A DNA stretch of 64,000 bases from Podarcis liolepis (taxonomy: Eukaryota): NCBI GenBank assembly GCA_965112155.1, contig OZ218099.1. One strand, written 5' to 3'. Under the pieces are notes generated by a model. That model saw nothing but the letters and a program-made list of their open reading frames with translations, did not search any database and had not been told where the DNA came from. Below are positions 12,877 to 26,545 of the stretch, in pieces. A program made the position numbers and the translations under genes. How positions within the stretch are numbered: the first letter of the stretch is position 1; the number at the start of each line of letters is the position of its first letter.

Positions 12877-13842
12877 AGTTATCACACCCATTAGCTAAAG
12901 GCCAAAGAATGCAAATTAAATGGAAACAACAACAGCCGCAGCCACAGTAACACAGCTTGGGAATATCGTGTTTTGGAATAATAGGGGGGTATTTGTTTTG
13001 TTTTGTTTTTTTGCTCTATCTATTGTCAGCCAGTTTCCTGAAAGACCATTTATATGTTTTATATACATACCATCAGCCTGATATCTTCGACACTCTTTAC
13101 ATCTTGTGTAATACACTTAAGAAGCCAGTGCTTCTTAGACATTGGAACTGGACATTTATTTCAAGCTAGCTCCGAAAACTATATCTGCATCTACCTATGT
13201 TTGAATGCAGACCATATGTTGAACCAGGGAGCCATCTGGCAACCCCTCCCACTAGCATCTGCAAATGTGGATCTGTGCTTCACAGTGTGGGCTTTCAGGG
13301 CTGGGCTTTGATTTGTTGCCCTTTGTGCTCGGCACTGCATTATTAGCGTAAAAGTGAAAGTGAGATGCTGCAAGAAAATAAAACTGAAAACCAGCCTTCA
13401 TCCCAGAGAGTTAGCAGAGTGATTAACAGGCTGGATGTGAGAATGAGGCCCCGGGTGCAGTTGGAGGATAGATGTACATATGCCCTCTCTTGCTCCCATA
13501 GTGAGCCTTGCATAATTTTCATTCATTTGTTTTGATCAGACCTGTCAGTGTAGCATATCCTCCCAGCTTACACATTCAACTACTTCTCCGTTAGGCTTTC
13601 TAGTACATCCAGAGGTTCAACACTGGACAAATGGTAATATCTGAATGGTGTAATTTCAAATGTTGAAAGAAAAAGAGCGCTGATCTATGCTATCTGCTCG
13701 CAAAGTATAGTTTTTGGCAGAAGAGGGCAGATTTTTTTCAATATAAATTAATCCAATGGAGGACATCATCACACCAGACCCTGCATAAGTCACTTGGTCA
13801 GAGCAATTCTAACAGCTTCACAGTGGAGATCTAAACTCCCAC

Positions 13843-13900
<58 letters not shown>
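13843..13900. repeat. (TAT)n microsatellite
   Basis: About 19 perfect units. Confidence 0.97.
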
Positions 13901-14007
13901 TTTAAAAAATGTATACATATCAGAGGATATTGGAATCATAAGACAGGCCGATCTACATTGACAGGCCAGTTGTACTGATGGTATGAGCCTGTAGGTCTAC
14001 AGTGGTC

Positions 14008-14535
14008 CTAACATAAGAAGAGTTATTCTGGGTCAAAAGTACATCTCATTCAGCATCCTGTTTTCTCCCAGTGGCCAACCTGATGCCTCTAGGAAGCCTA
14101 CAAGAAGGATATGGCTGCTATAGGACATTCTCACTTGTGTTCCTCAAGGCATGTTGTAATATATCATCATGACTGGCGCCCATTGACACTCGTATCCTCC
14201 ATTAATTTGTATAATCTCCTTTTAAAGCCATCCAAGTTGGAAGCCATCTAGACATCTTCTGGCAGCAAATTCCATAGTTTAAACCATACACTCTATGTGA
14301 AGTATTTATTTCCTCTTGTCTGTCTTGAATCACCCATGATCCAGTTTCAGCGGATGACCATGAATTCTAGTATGATGAGAGAGGGAGAAAATGTCTATCC
14401 ACTTTATATACACTGTGCATAATTTTATGTACCTTTATCCTGCTCAAGCCCCACCCCCATACTGCATTACTATAAGCAAAAAAGCTCCAAACTTTGCAAC
14501 CTCACAGAGGAGTTGCTCCAGTCCCTTGTTTATTA
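14008..14535 (-). mobile_element. CR1 LINE 3' portion (decayed ORF2 end and 3' UTR)
   Basis: Begins AACATAAGAAGAG (reverse complement of the CR1 terminus). Contains TTTTAAAGCCATCCAAGTTGG...GCAGCAAATTCCATAGTTTAA...ATGAGAGAGGGAGAAAA...TGCATAATTTTAT. Confidence 0.85.
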
Positions 14536-14883
14536 ATACTTGGGGGCATTAATAAGGTACTGGTTTTTGTGGCCATGTCTTTTGTGCTAGCAATCTGTGT
14601 CCATCCTGTGGTTTTGAGGGGATACAGCAATGTTTATATGGAAGGTGCTAAATAGCACTCCCACAGGAACATGTCAGCTACAAAACAGGCTTTTCTCACA
14701 GAACAAGCACAAACTCTTGTCTATTGAGGGGATACTAGATTTCAGAGTTCTTACATAACAGCCCTTGTTCTTCTGGCATAATTCAGCTGATTGCGGTCAG
14801 AAACCTGGATCCCTGTATTGGCCCAATTGCTCAATAACCAAGGAAATAAGCTTCGCCTCTAGTGTAAAGTGAAGATTTACAAA

Positions 14884-15067
14884 GTTCCCTGGGAAGGGGG
14901 ATTGGTTGTTAAACCACTCTGGAAACTGCAGCTTTGTGAGGGGAATAGAGCTTTTAATGCAAAAGGGAAGCTTTTAATGTTTGATGTATTATAGTATTTT
15001 AATATTTTTTTTGGAAGCCGCCCAGAGTGGCTGGGGAAGCCCAGCCAGATGGGTGGGGTATAAATAA

Positions 15068-15105
<38 letters not shown>

Positions 15106-15218
15106 TCAGCACTTTTAACAATCTGTGGTTTCCAGGATCCTTGTGAGAGAAGCCATACGTGTTTCCCTCATGGGAAGTGGTGTGATTCTGTTTTTAATGT
15201 CTAGTGCACATGGGGCCT
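14884..15218. mobile_element. Palindromic MITE-like element interrupted by an L2 tail
   Basis: GTTCCCTGGGAAGGGGGATTGGTTGTTAAACCACTCTGG...GTGAGGGGAATAG resumes as ACTCAGCAC...CAGGATCC after the insert. Same family as 2969-3163. Confidence 0.65.
14964..15104 (+). mobile_element. Young L2-type LINE 3' tail with (ATT)n
   Basis: GGAAGCCGCCCAGAGTGGCTGGGGAAGCCCAGCCAGATGGGTGGGGTATAAATAAA, then (ATT)n at 15068-15104. Confidence 0.8.
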
Positions 15219-15329
15219 GCGTCTAACTGAGATGAACCTTGCTTGGACCAATTTCAGCAGGGTGCTCAGACATAGGCATCTGAAAGCATCCTCTGACCGG
15301 CAAGCTATTTGTGTGATTACATTTCTAGC

Positions 15330-15485
15330 CATGGGCATAGCTGGGGGGGGAGGGAGGGGCAGCTCCCCCCTCCAAAAACCCAATAAAATTCAATTAAAAT
15401 ACATAGCAAACTGAGGTTCTGCCCCCCCCCCAACAAAAGGCCTGCCCCCCTAACAAAAGGTCTGCTCCCCCCCCAAAAAAATTTC
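15330..15485 (+). mobile_element. hAT-like MITE with a degraded right end
   Basis: CATGGGCATAGCTGGGGGGG terminus and internal repeated CTGCCCCCC(T)AACAAAAGG units. Confidence 0.5.
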
Positions 15486-16872
15486 ATGTTTCTAGCACCC
15501 TCTTAGCCTATGCAATTACTTTATCCTAGTCCTGTCGCAGTTTGGTATAACTGCTGCTGTACTGTAACCACCTCTGTCTACCCTAGCCAAAGAGAACCAG
15601 CGGCTCTAAAAATTAACTACAGGAGAACGCTGTCGTTCAAGGCTCGGTTATTTACAAAGTCCGAGATATCTGATTCTGCCATTTCCTCCACGTATCCCAT
15701 GCCACTGTAACCCTTGGGATATTAGTTCTCCCCTTTGTCCAAATGCCTGATTATCTGAATATTTTGGATGTCTCCCAAGCCATTTGGCCCAAAGAAAGTG
15801 GACTGTAGTGTATCATATAACTCCGTCCTTGGTAAAAACTCAAAAACAAAAGCATTTACTAATGAGTTCTCTCAAAGCAGAACAGTCCCTAATCCAGATC
15901 TAAGAAGAGCCAGCTATTTCCAAAGTCAAATGCCCAAACACAAGGGACAGGCAGAAATTTGTGACCAACGCAGTAGAAAGGGCCGGGCAGCCTACCATTA
16001 AAGGCTGCAGACTTCCCAGTTCTAATTGATTTGAAAGGGTGTTGCTAGCGTGCAGGCTTGGCTTTTATCAGCTGGGAGGAGGGAATCAATCTGCTGCACT
16101 GTTTAGAAGCGTATGAGATCTTCATCCTCAAAGTCCAGGGTGGCTTTGGCATAATAAAGAGCCTATCTCTTCATCATGGTAATGCTCGCAACCCAGCAAT
16201 ATGAGCTCATAGCAGCAGGCCTCGGCACTCAGAATTCCTCCGTTTAAAAGGTGTCACCGATTAAACTATCGCATTTCAAAGGGCTCCCATACAGTAAATA
16301 GGAAAGAAAAGGAAGAAAGGGAGCTGTGGCCTTTTGTTAGTCAAAAAGCTATGGAAAGTGATAATTAACCCATTTTTTTTTTGTATTGAGAAATCATTTG
16401 GACAAAAGTCAAGGCATTGCCACCCTGTCAATTGTGAAGTCTAGATAAGGACATTATATCCTGCGGAACAAAGAGTGACTGAAGAGGCTGAATGGAAACT
16501 AGGCCACTCTACTACTACTACTTTTCCTAACCCCTCTGAAAAGAGACTTTTTTCCCTCCCTCCCCCACCCCCCCAAAAAACCCAGCGGTGGCAGAGGATG
16601 GAATGCTCCCTCCTTCCATATATATAGATAGATAGATATAGATATAAAAAACATTGACTATGGTGCATGTTTTTGCATTCTGTTAAATATTCAGAGATAC
16701 CATGCAATTAGCATGTCATTAATGAATAATTAATTGCAGCTAAAGCAGCCTTCAGATTTTTGCAGCTAAATTATTTAAACAGCAAATATAACAATAGAAA
16801 GCATATCCCCACCCCTCCTGCATATTCCCACCCACCCCCTTTGAGCAATGTGCAAGTCAAAAGCATATGTTG

Positions 16873-16875
<3 letters not shown>

Positions 16876-16914
<39 letters not shown>

Positions 16915-16934
16915 GGTAGGTAGGTAGGTAGGTA
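16876..16934. repeat. Compound (GT)n(GGTA)n microsatellite
   Basis: Read directly from sequence. Confidence 0.95.
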
Positions 16935-17840
16935 TATACCTAAGGGTGGGTTCACAATCTTTCCCCTTGATCCAAGTTGTTTCAGCCTTCAATGCACTTC
17001 CCACCCTCGCCAACTTTCACTGAAGAAAAAAAGAATGCATTATTTTTAGAATGAACGAGTTCTTTTTTATATAAGCATCCAGAAAAACTAAAAGGCAGTT
17101 TGAGCAGCACAGATTCCAGCAAAAAAACTTTTAAAAGATAAACATATTTATTGCTCTGTGGGACAATGTTAAGATCTAATAATTCTTATTATTCTTCCTT
17201 TGATACAGTTTGACTGTTAAAATGTTCACTGGGTCTATTGACAGCTATTTGGCCATTACAAACTACCACCGTTAAATAGGAAGTAATTTCTTGCCACTTG
17301 CTGATATACATCACCAGTAAGACGTTGGTTTATATTTATAAGCTGCACATCTGTGGATCAGTTGGCTTATCCATCTGTTAGCTGCACCAGTAAACAGTAA
17401 GTCAATGTGCAGCTCCCTCATCCACCCCATCTATCATGAATGCTTCCTTGAACTGTATATTTACGTGTAACAAAGCTCTACTTAAGCAAGTAAGTACGTC
17501 TTGAGAATGGGCACAATGCAACCCTGACTTTTATGCTGTGGCTCAGTGCTCAAACATTATTTTGCCTTCTTTGATTCTGGCTTACAGTCCAGTTGGATCA
17601 TCTCCTGGGGCAAAGCCTATTGACATGAATAGGACCTGTACAAAAAAAACCCCTTCATGAGTATCTCTTGAAAGAACTGCTGCTTTTTCAGTGGAACTTT
17701 TACAGAAGTTCCCAGTGGCTCAGATATTTTAAAGAGAGAAAATACCCCTCCCTGGGGACTTACAAGTAATTGTTGTGCATTGCTATCCACTTACTTTAAT
17801 CAGTACTGGCAATGAGATATTGTTCACCATTGCACCTGAA

Positions 17841-17915
17841 TCATTTATTTATTTTATGTATTAAATCTATATACTGCCCTTCATCCGCAGATCTCAAGGC
17901 AGTTCACAACATAAT
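17841..17915 (-). mobile_element. L2-type LINE 3' tail
   Basis: TTTATTTATT...ATATACTGCCCTTCATCCGCAGATCTCAAGGCAGTTCACAAC. Confidence 0.65.
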
Positions 17916-20709
17916 GTTGGACAAATGTTGTGAGGATGCAGGACACACTACATAACACCCCCACCCCACCTGTTATCTGAGGCGGTCATCTCATTCATCT
18001 CAATGATAGGGCCGGCCCTGCATGGCAAGACTTTTCAAGTCTGAGCAGCCAAAACTGGAATTGCAGCTCAAATCCCGACAGCTCTTTGCTGGGTTGGTTT
18101 TCCGAAGAGCTTAGCATGCTGGTGAAATGGAAGATGAGAAGTTTGGGAAATTCGACCCACAGCCTATAGTGCAAAGCCTTGAGCCTTCACCAGAACTGCC
18201 AACGAACACCACCAAAGAAAATGTGAAAGCCCTCCTGAAGTTAATAGGAGCTATGTAAGAGCATAGTACTGCTCTCACGAAACTGCCATTTGTTTCAATG
18301 GGGCTTGTATATGAGGGATTTTTCCAGTTTAAACGGTGCTACAGATATAAATAGTCCAGGAAGCAGGCCAATTACACTGCAAATCAAATTCAGTCTCCCA
18401 GTGGGTGCAGAAGAATACATTGGCCCAGTTCAGATTATCATCTTAACTGTGGTTCAAGGTTTTGGGGTGTTTTTTTGTGGGGGGTTTTTAAGAGTGAGCT
18501 ATGGCAAGTCTTTGGGTTATATGCTCCACTTCCTTTCATGCAAAAGAATAAAAGAGTGGCATCTTCTATTTTCATCTTAGAACAAACCACAGTTGTGTGT
18601 GAAATAGTGTCATTATATAGTTGAGTCACTAGGTGGCATTTCACTTGGTTATATCTGCATGGATCAGAAGTTTCCTATATCTGCCCTATTTGAAGAGAAG
18701 TAGGATGAGCCAGTATGGTGGTGTGCTGCTGCACCACAGCCTGCCTGACAGCATCACTGCTGCTGCTTACTGGAACAGTGTGGAGGTGGGCCAGGGCAGT
18801 GGTGAGGTTAGGGCTGTGCTGGTAGACCAGTGGAGCCATTTACCCCCTAATCGTAAAGAGAGGTGATACCGTTCTTGGGTAGCTGATGTGTTCTATAAGC
18901 CCTCCATGGCATGGGTAGCCTAGTCAGGGAACTGCTAGCTGCTCATGTCAACAAACCAGAATCAAGCTGTAGTGTCAGCTTCAGCTTTTTTTAAACAACA
19001 ACTAGCTTGGGTTAGTACATACTACAGTTTCTCAGGTTGATATGTAACATGGAACTGTGGTTTGTTTTATAGTAAAACAAGAAGCCTTTACTTCTCTCAC
19101 ATGCAAACCAGCAGAGGAAAAAGAGTGCAAACGTCGAAGGCTCACTACAGCTCATTCCCTATAATATTGTAAACCATCCCTTGCCAATGTGGCCCTCCAG
19201 ATGGTTTGGACTACAAATCCCATAAGCCATGCTAGCAGCAGCTATGCTGATCTGAACAATGATTTATGTTATTTGAACCAAGTCAGTATTCAGAATCATA
19301 TATTGGGCAGGCCCCAAACACTTGGTTCTCAAAAGTCAACAGTTGTCAAAAGCTTTTAACAAAATGTGGTCTATTTTAATAAATATGTTAAAGTTTTCTA
19401 CAGTTTTCTTTACTGCCATCTTGTATGAATTTGATCTATCACATATGCTATTACAGGATATGATCAACAGTGAATGTAGTCTATAAATATTTTAATTAAT
19501 AAATGAAATGAAATAAGAAGGCACACTCTTTCTCTCTCTCTCTATTTTGGTGTCCAGAATGCTAACAGAGTTTCAATGAGTCATAAAAGTACCCCTCTTG
19601 CTTACAGTATCACCCTTTATTCAGGAAACATTACACCTTTTTTGCATAATAGGGGATTTTGAACCATTTTTTTCAGGTTGTTAATGTACTCTTGTGTACA
19701 ATGTGATGCTCAACTTCATAATGCATTTTGTTATGCCATTTATGTTCTCTGAGGAACTGAAAGTAGAACTTATCTCTCTGTTTATTGTGCTGAGGCAAAT
19801 GGTAACATTTTCCACTTGATTAAGCATCATTTTCTCCATTTCTCCAGGCATTTTAAGCCCTGCTTACTGCCTGACATTCGGTAAATGTTTCTATCAATGC
19901 ATCCTTGATCCTGGGGTCTGCAGTCCTCCGTATCTAAAACAAAATCAGGTTGCGTTTTAAGTAAAAGGATGAATCTCAAGAAACATAAATTTGGTCACTT
20001 TGGAAAAGAGTTTCTGGCAAAGGTGTTCATGTGTCTTATTCAGAACAGGACAGTGTATTTCTAGAATCTCAAATAAAGGGCCCAAAAACACAACCCAGTG
20101 TTAGCTTCTATTCAGTAACTCTATTGGCCATTCCTAGCAACTAGTTATAGCCACACCTATTTGCACAAACTGTTCCAAATAGTTGCCAGGAATTTTCAGA
20201 ACATCATATCTTGCAAACTAGCTGCTTCCAAGTTCAGCATCTGTTATTTTTCTAAAATATAGTTTGGCAATTCCTCCGCTTTCTCAAGTATTTCTAAAGA
20301 AAATTCCAGCATGGCGCACCATTTTTTCTTCAGAAAAGGAGATCCCACTAGGATAGCCATTTCCCCAGGCCTCTATGAAGTCATTAACCTATTTTACTAA
20401 CAGAAAATCAAAGCCAAAAGAACATGACAGTTCATGGCTGAGCAGCACCTCAAACAAGTCCCAGTCCAACAGTCCATTCATTAGAAACCATTCTCAACAC
20501 ATTGGCCAATTACCCAAGATTATCCAGAGACACAAGTTTGGCGGACCCTTCTAATGACTTTCTGACCTTCTCTGGCAATTTTGCTACATATGCTTTTACC
20601 ACTATTATCGAACTGCTTGGATGTTTGATCTTTTGCAACTAAATTCTGACAGACATGACTATGGTGGGTTTTTACACAGATGCAATGTGGTGGTTAGAGA
20701 AGTTAGAAT

Positions 20710-20790
20710 AATATAGAATCATAGAATTGTAGAATTGGAAAGGACCTCAAGGGCCAACTAGTCCAGCCTCCTGCAATGCAGGAATCACAG
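20710..20790 (-). mobile_element. CR1-type 3' tail (LINE or CR1-mobilised SINE)
   Basis: ATAGAATCATAGAATTGTAGAATTGGAAAGGACCTCAAGG...TAGTCCAGCCTCCTGCAATGCAGGAATC. Confidence 0.8.
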
Positions 20791-21078
20791 TGATCTCTCC
20801 ACAGTCTTCTTTAGAATAAACTGAATGTTGCAAATGTTAAATAGTGGTTTAATTACTACTGTGGCGACCCTGAAAGCTCTCATTTTCTCCTCCTCACATG
20901 TGCCACAGGTTAGGACAGTGCAAATTCCCCACTCTAACTCTAGACCTGACAGCTGAGATCTAAAGTGAGGCTCATATCAACAACAGTGTAGAGTTCATTC
21001 TGACGGCTACTGCAGGTTTCCTATCTAGGAGTTCATTTTTGTGATGGCAGAGCCCAATTCAAGAATTGACATCATACA

Positions 21079-21309
21079 TAGGCTTGCCATACAACAGAAA
21101 AATTTCTGATACGTCCTGGTTTTGGAGTGTAAAAATAGCGCCGGGGGAATTGGCAAAATGTCAGGGGGAACCCGGGTGTATGGCAACGCGATGGGAAAAG
21201 CAGCGGAAACAGCTCAAAAAGCTTAAAATCACTATTTTGGGGGTAGGTTTCCCCAGAAAAGCTCGACAATATTGGTGGAAATTTTACTTTTTGAAATATG
21301 TCAACCCTA
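21079..21309. mobile_element. hAT MITE with TAGGGTTGCCA-type termini
   Basis: TIRs TAGGCTTGCCATA / TATGTCAACCCTA. 8-bp TSD ATCATACA (21071-21078) / ATCATATA (21310-21317). Confidence 0.82.
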
Positions 21310-21699
21310 ATCATATAGAACACTGTTCAGAACTGGAGAGAGAGAAAGAGAAAACTAGCCAGTGCCTAACTCTGAGCAGCTCAAATATAGAAAAACAAAC
21401 TATATTGGGGAAGGAAAAGGCAACCCCTGCCAAGGGGAGACAAACAAGCTCCTCGCAGATCTCTACTAAATTCACTAGATTTTAAGAAGGAATGTACAGT
21501 ATCTCTTTCCCATTGCTCTCATAGAAACAACAATGCCCTTTTTCAATCTAGAAGGTATTTTTGAGAAGTAGCTACAAGAACTGGAATCAGAGGATCATAT
21601 GAACAGGATTGTGCAGGATTTCATGTAGTGTGTGTGTGTGACACACACACACATGCACACAGGGCTTTATTCCACCACACTGTATTGCAGAGAAAGGAA

Positions 21700-22450
21700 G
21701 ACAGGCATCTGTCAGAAAACATCTCCCCACTGTATTGTGATTGATATCTGACAGAGCTCAGTGGGGTCCTAACTTAGATGAATTTAAATGACAAGACTTC
21801 CTTTATCAGCAATGGTGCTCCTGTTACAATAGAACAGCATGATTACTTCATAGAAAGAAGTAAAGGGAGAAAGAAATGAAGAAGAATCAAAGTTTGCCTC
21901 CTGAGCTCTGGTGGTATCACTGACCTGTCACTAGGTTGTGACCTCCCCTTGTTAATCCATGCAAATCAAATGGCTCCAATTTGTGCGGCTGATTGGCTCG
22001 CCTACGTCTTTTACCACAAGCATCACAGGCCTCTGAAACTTACTCCGCATTGCAATAATTGCATTTGAAAAAAATGACATGCATTCTGCCTTCCTCCATG
22101 CTATGTTACGGGCGCTATATTCCCTTGCATCAGTTCATGATTAGTGTCAGAGATGGTTTCTGCATACACTACAATTACCACAACATCTTTCATCCTCCTC
22201 GTCCTCCTTTCTGCTTCCAAAAGCATCCCTGATCCTATGTCAAAATCTGGGCTTCACTGCCATCACAGCTTCACTAATAGTGGCCCAACTGCTTTTATGG
22301 CACGAAAAGTCCTTGTTATTCACAGTAACAAGCGCCGACTCCAACTGAGAGATATTATGTCAAACTCCAAGGCCAGTTACAAAACTTTCCCCATTCACAA
22401 AACTTGACAGACTCTGTACGCCAAAGGAGGGCATTTTCACACAAGATGCT
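21700..22450. promoter_or_regulatory. Candidate enhancer block with PBX-HOX and MEIS motifs
   Basis: CTGTCA 21709, TGATTGAT 21738, TGACAG 21749, octamer ATGCAAAT 21959. Repeat-free and CpG-retaining. Confidence 0.35.
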
Positions 22451-23327
22451 TTTTCTTTTCTCTCTCTCTCCCTCTTTTTAAAAACTTGCCTTCCACATCC
22501 CACAAAGGGCCATAGAAGCTATTTTGTCCAGGTTTGCTTAAACAAAAAAAAGTGCTTTGAATTGTGTCCCAATCAAGGATTCGCCTGCCTTTCTTTAACT
22601 CTCGAGCAAGTAAAACATCATTCAGTCTGTGCCTTTTTACTATTGCCCTGACTTTTCACACAGCAGCTTTTAAAAAAGGATAAGGTAGGGAACAAAATTA
22701 ATCCACGCATGTTCAAAATAGTTAAAGAAGGAACCTCTTACCAAACAAACCTATGCAATACAAACCTGTGAGTAAGCCCCATTGAGTTCAATGGCATATA
22801 CTCCTAGCTATTGTTCAATGGCATTTATCCCCAGGTAAGCATTCAACAAGATTACATCCTCTGTTTCATATTATTTTACAGCATGCCTACAGCTGTGGTT
22901 TGCAACAAATCAATGTGTGCCTTGCAACTTTGCTGCTTTTGCAGTGGGCTTAGCCAGCTTTCCAAGCAAATGCTGAAGGTTGCCAGTAGTGACAGATTTG
23001 AACCAATGTTGATGGTAGTAGAGGAGCTAGTGGAAGTGATTTGATAAGCCTGAAACAGATTGAGGGGCGGTGTCGTTCCAAACATGTAAACAACAGTGTC
23101 AACAATGCAGCCTATCAGTAAACGCAGCCTGCTTCTCAACCATCCATCTAATACACACTCTTTGCAGAAACAAATCAACAGCAAAAATCCTCACCATAAT
23201 ATTGACAAAGGGAAATGTAGGTTGCTGGTAGTGTGGTTGTTGTTTTTTTAAACTTCTACAAATAAAAAACCTGCTGTGAAGTAGTGATTTGCTAAAGGGA
23301 ATTCAAGGCCAAATGGGGCCAAACCTG

Positions 23328-23330
<3 letters not shown>

Positions 23331-23411
<81 letters not shown>
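23331..23411. repeat. Compound (CT)n(CA)n microsatellite
   Basis: Read directly. Explains the LSLS/HTHT ORF artefacts. Confidence 0.97.
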
Positions 23412-23413
<2 letters not shown>

Positions 23414-24294
23414 GTGCTGCCCAATGATTTTTAAAAAAACAAAATGCAAACCCCCAAACCAGAAGAACCTTTTTAATCTGCCCGGCAGAAAATGCAGATA
23501 CAGTGGTGAATCCATCGTTGTGTTTGCCCAGTCCCTTGTTAGGATTACTTTGCTGAACTGCAATCAGATATGCATAAGCACTGCACTTGTGAGTATAGCA
23601 AAAGGAAGAGCAAGGGGAAAAAAAACTATATAAATTGTAAGTCTTTATAAACTATAATAAGACAAATACAAACAATTGAATGTGCGCACATACACAAACC
23701 AGAGACCCTACTCCAAACCTGGATAATTTAAACATGAAATCTAAAAGGTGTTAGAGACAAGCAATAAATCGCATTGGACAAAAGGAAAAGAAAGTGAAAC
23801 AAAACCAGGGTCTCTAAGTCAGGCCCTGAGTATAGCACAGCACAGAAGCATGTTGTGGTTTGACCTGTGAAGTCCACACTCAGAATCCAGATCTCATGGG
23901 TTCATTTGGCCATGGAACTCACTTGGGCAAAATGGCCAGCTCACAGCACCTCTGAAATGAGAATAGTAATGATCCACTACCACTGTTACTAGTGAGGAAA
24001 ACCTCTGTGCACATATGCAGTCTGATCCTCTCACCTGCTGCCTTTAGCAGTTACAGAACAAGCAAAGATATGCCCCACAGCAGCTAAAACAGCATCTTCC
24101 TTCTAAAAACTGACCCATCTCCCTCTTCAGTGCAATACCTCAGCACGGGAACAGTGCTTCCATGGAGAACCTCTGGAAGTGGCAGGAAACATCACCACTT
24201 CTCCATCCCCAGAAAGAGCTTCCCACTTTGAGAAAGACCACAGCAGGGAGATGAGACAATGGACACCTTTGGGGCATGAGTCTATGTCATGCTG

Positions 24295-24428
24295 TAGGGT
24301 GGGGAACCTGTGGCTTTTCAAATGTTATTGGGCTTTTTCTGATGTTATTCATCATTAACCATACAAGCTGGGGCTGATGAGAATTGGAGTCCAACAATGT
24401 CTGGAGGGCCACGGGTTCTCCATCTCTG
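24295..24428. mobile_element. Short hAT-like MITE
   Basis: Inverted ends GGGGAACCTGTGGC / GCCACGGGTTCTCC with GAGTCCAACAATGTCTGGAGGGCCAC. Related to 41070-41180 and about 19180-19250. Confidence 0.65.
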
Positions 24429-25124
24429 TTCTAGACCATTGGTGGAAAATCTGCTTGAGTTCTTTATCATTTTGAAATGATGAACAAAATTATTATATGC
24501 AGTAGCAGCAAGGACATCTATATAATCAGAACAAATTGAAAATGGCCAATCCTGGTTGTGAAAATTCCACTTTTAGTCTGACACCCAACTTCAAGCCTTT
24601 CCTCCTGCCATCACACAAATCCTTGGCCCCATCCTTTTTTTAAATGCAAGCACCGTCCACCTCCATCCCACTTTTATTTTCTACAGGATAACAGGACAAA
24701 TTCTGCTCACTTTAGATCCAGTTTAGGAAGGCTACTGTTGGATAAAAGTCAAGGGCAAATGTGTCAGAGAATTTTTTTGCGCCCATATCTCGTAAGAGGA
24801 TGTCTCACCTATATCTCTAACCCCTTCATTACACATTGGACTAAATGCAAAAATACTGCCATCGGGTTATCTGTGTTTCTGACTTACTGGAAAGCTGTAT
24901 CATCTAGATTTCCCATCTGGACCAAAATGATCTCATCATTTAGTGACAAATGCTAGGCTGCGATGATCATTTTACCAACATACACATGATATCCCACAGC
25001 AGGCTCTGAAGTTAAAAGTGACTAGACAATGGTTTTAAAGGGATTCTAAAAAGTCTACTGCAGTCCCATCTGTCCTGCTGGAGGGCTTCCTGTCGACCAA
25101 GCAAGACCAAAGTAGGATGCTTGA

Positions 25125-25204
25125 AGCTGAGATTCCTGCATAGCAAGGGATTGAGCTAGATGACTCGGGGGTCCCTTCCACCTCTACAATTCCATGGCTC
25201 TATG
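25125..25204 (+). mobile_element. CR1-type 3' tail
   Basis: GATTCCTGCATAGCAAGGGATTGAGCTAGATGACTCGGGGGTCCCTTCCACCTCTACAATTCCATG. Confidence 0.75.
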
Positions 25205-26413
25205 GTTATAAGGCTCAGCCTTGCTGCAACCAAATTCATGGTGAGTGCCAATATGTGGGGTTGTGTTCAATGTAGCACTAGGTAGATCGTTCCATCAGTG
25301 CAAGCATTCCCACTCGCCTGACAGAACAAGCCCCCCTTTCCTCTGCCCCCCATACATTGTTCTGGGGGTTCTCCTGACCAGATTTGGGCTGAGTACAAGG
25401 GGAGCAGGGTGAGAAGTGCCACTGCACTAGTGGGAGTCTTCCCCATGCCTCCTCTACACCCTCTTGGTAAATAGAATACACTGCTGGTCTCTTCCCACCC
25501 TTATTCGCTAGAGTACCCTTGTCTTCACTTACCCCTTCTTCTTTGGTGGGGGAAGCACAATTTTGTGGTTCTCCTCAGGTGCCAAAACATCATGGGGCAG
25601 CCCTGTCCATGGTGGTTCTCTACATTGTTTCAATACATTCCTGTGTAGGTTTTTTCTTTTAACAACATAAAGAAAATCCTGTGACAGTAGCTAACCTTTA
25701 GCTACCCAACCTTTAGCTTAATCAAGGAGCCCCTATGCCTCTTGCTGTTTATGGGCATCTACCGTAAATAGCCTAAGATGCATAGTGTTTCCTGTACTCT
25801 TAATGCTGGTGCATTAGAACTGATATCTGTAATTTAGCAGTCACTTATATTGATAATACTTGCCTCATTGGTGCTATAATTGCCCAGTACTCCTTTGGCC
25901 ATTCCTGACTAGGAAGGGAAACAAAGAGAGTGATGTGTAACCTTCCAGAATATTGGCTTCTCATCACAGCTTTGATCCCATCACCCACATCACTGCAGTA
26001 CACCAGGAGAGGAGAGATGGCAGTGAGGTGAATTCAGCATGGGAGTAATTGTCAACGGTGACAACACCAGGAGAAGGGTGAAGGGACTGGGCAGAAATGG
26101 TCTGCAGAATCTAGTGGGACCAACAGTATGAGTTTTACCTGAATCTGAACAAATGTCACTGGAGACATAACTCTGTTTATGAGAGCACATTTTTTAAAAG
26201 ATGGGGTGGGGTGAAGATCTGAACCATTTTCAAGTGACAACTCGCTCTTTAAAAAGGTAATAAAAATAGGATGCTATACTTTTGCTAACCCCTTGCCTGT
26301 GACCAGACCCATATGCAAATTACATACAATAGTATTTAGTAGCGTAATTAATCCCTACTTTATGTTATGAGTAATATTTCCTATTCCCGACCCTGCAATG
26401 TCCTTTAAGAAGA

Positions 26414-26545
26414 NNNNNNNNNNNNNNNNNNNNNNNNNNNNNNNNNNNNNNNNNNNNNNNNNNNNNNNNNNNNNNNNNNNNNNNNNNNNNNNNNNNNNNN
26501 NNNNNNNNNNNNNNNNNNNNNNNNNNNNNNNNNNNNNNNNNNNNN
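26414..26545. other. Assembly gap (N run)
   Basis: 132 N. Confidence 1.

Noticed and set aside
18627-18640. CTCF-like motif TCACTAGGTGGCAT
   Set aside because: It has two mismatches to the core consensus and cannot be supported without ChIP or conservation data.
25598-25620. REST/NRSE-like site (reverse complement CACCATGGACAG)
   Set aside because: The left half TTCAG is missing and it overlaps a MITE terminus.
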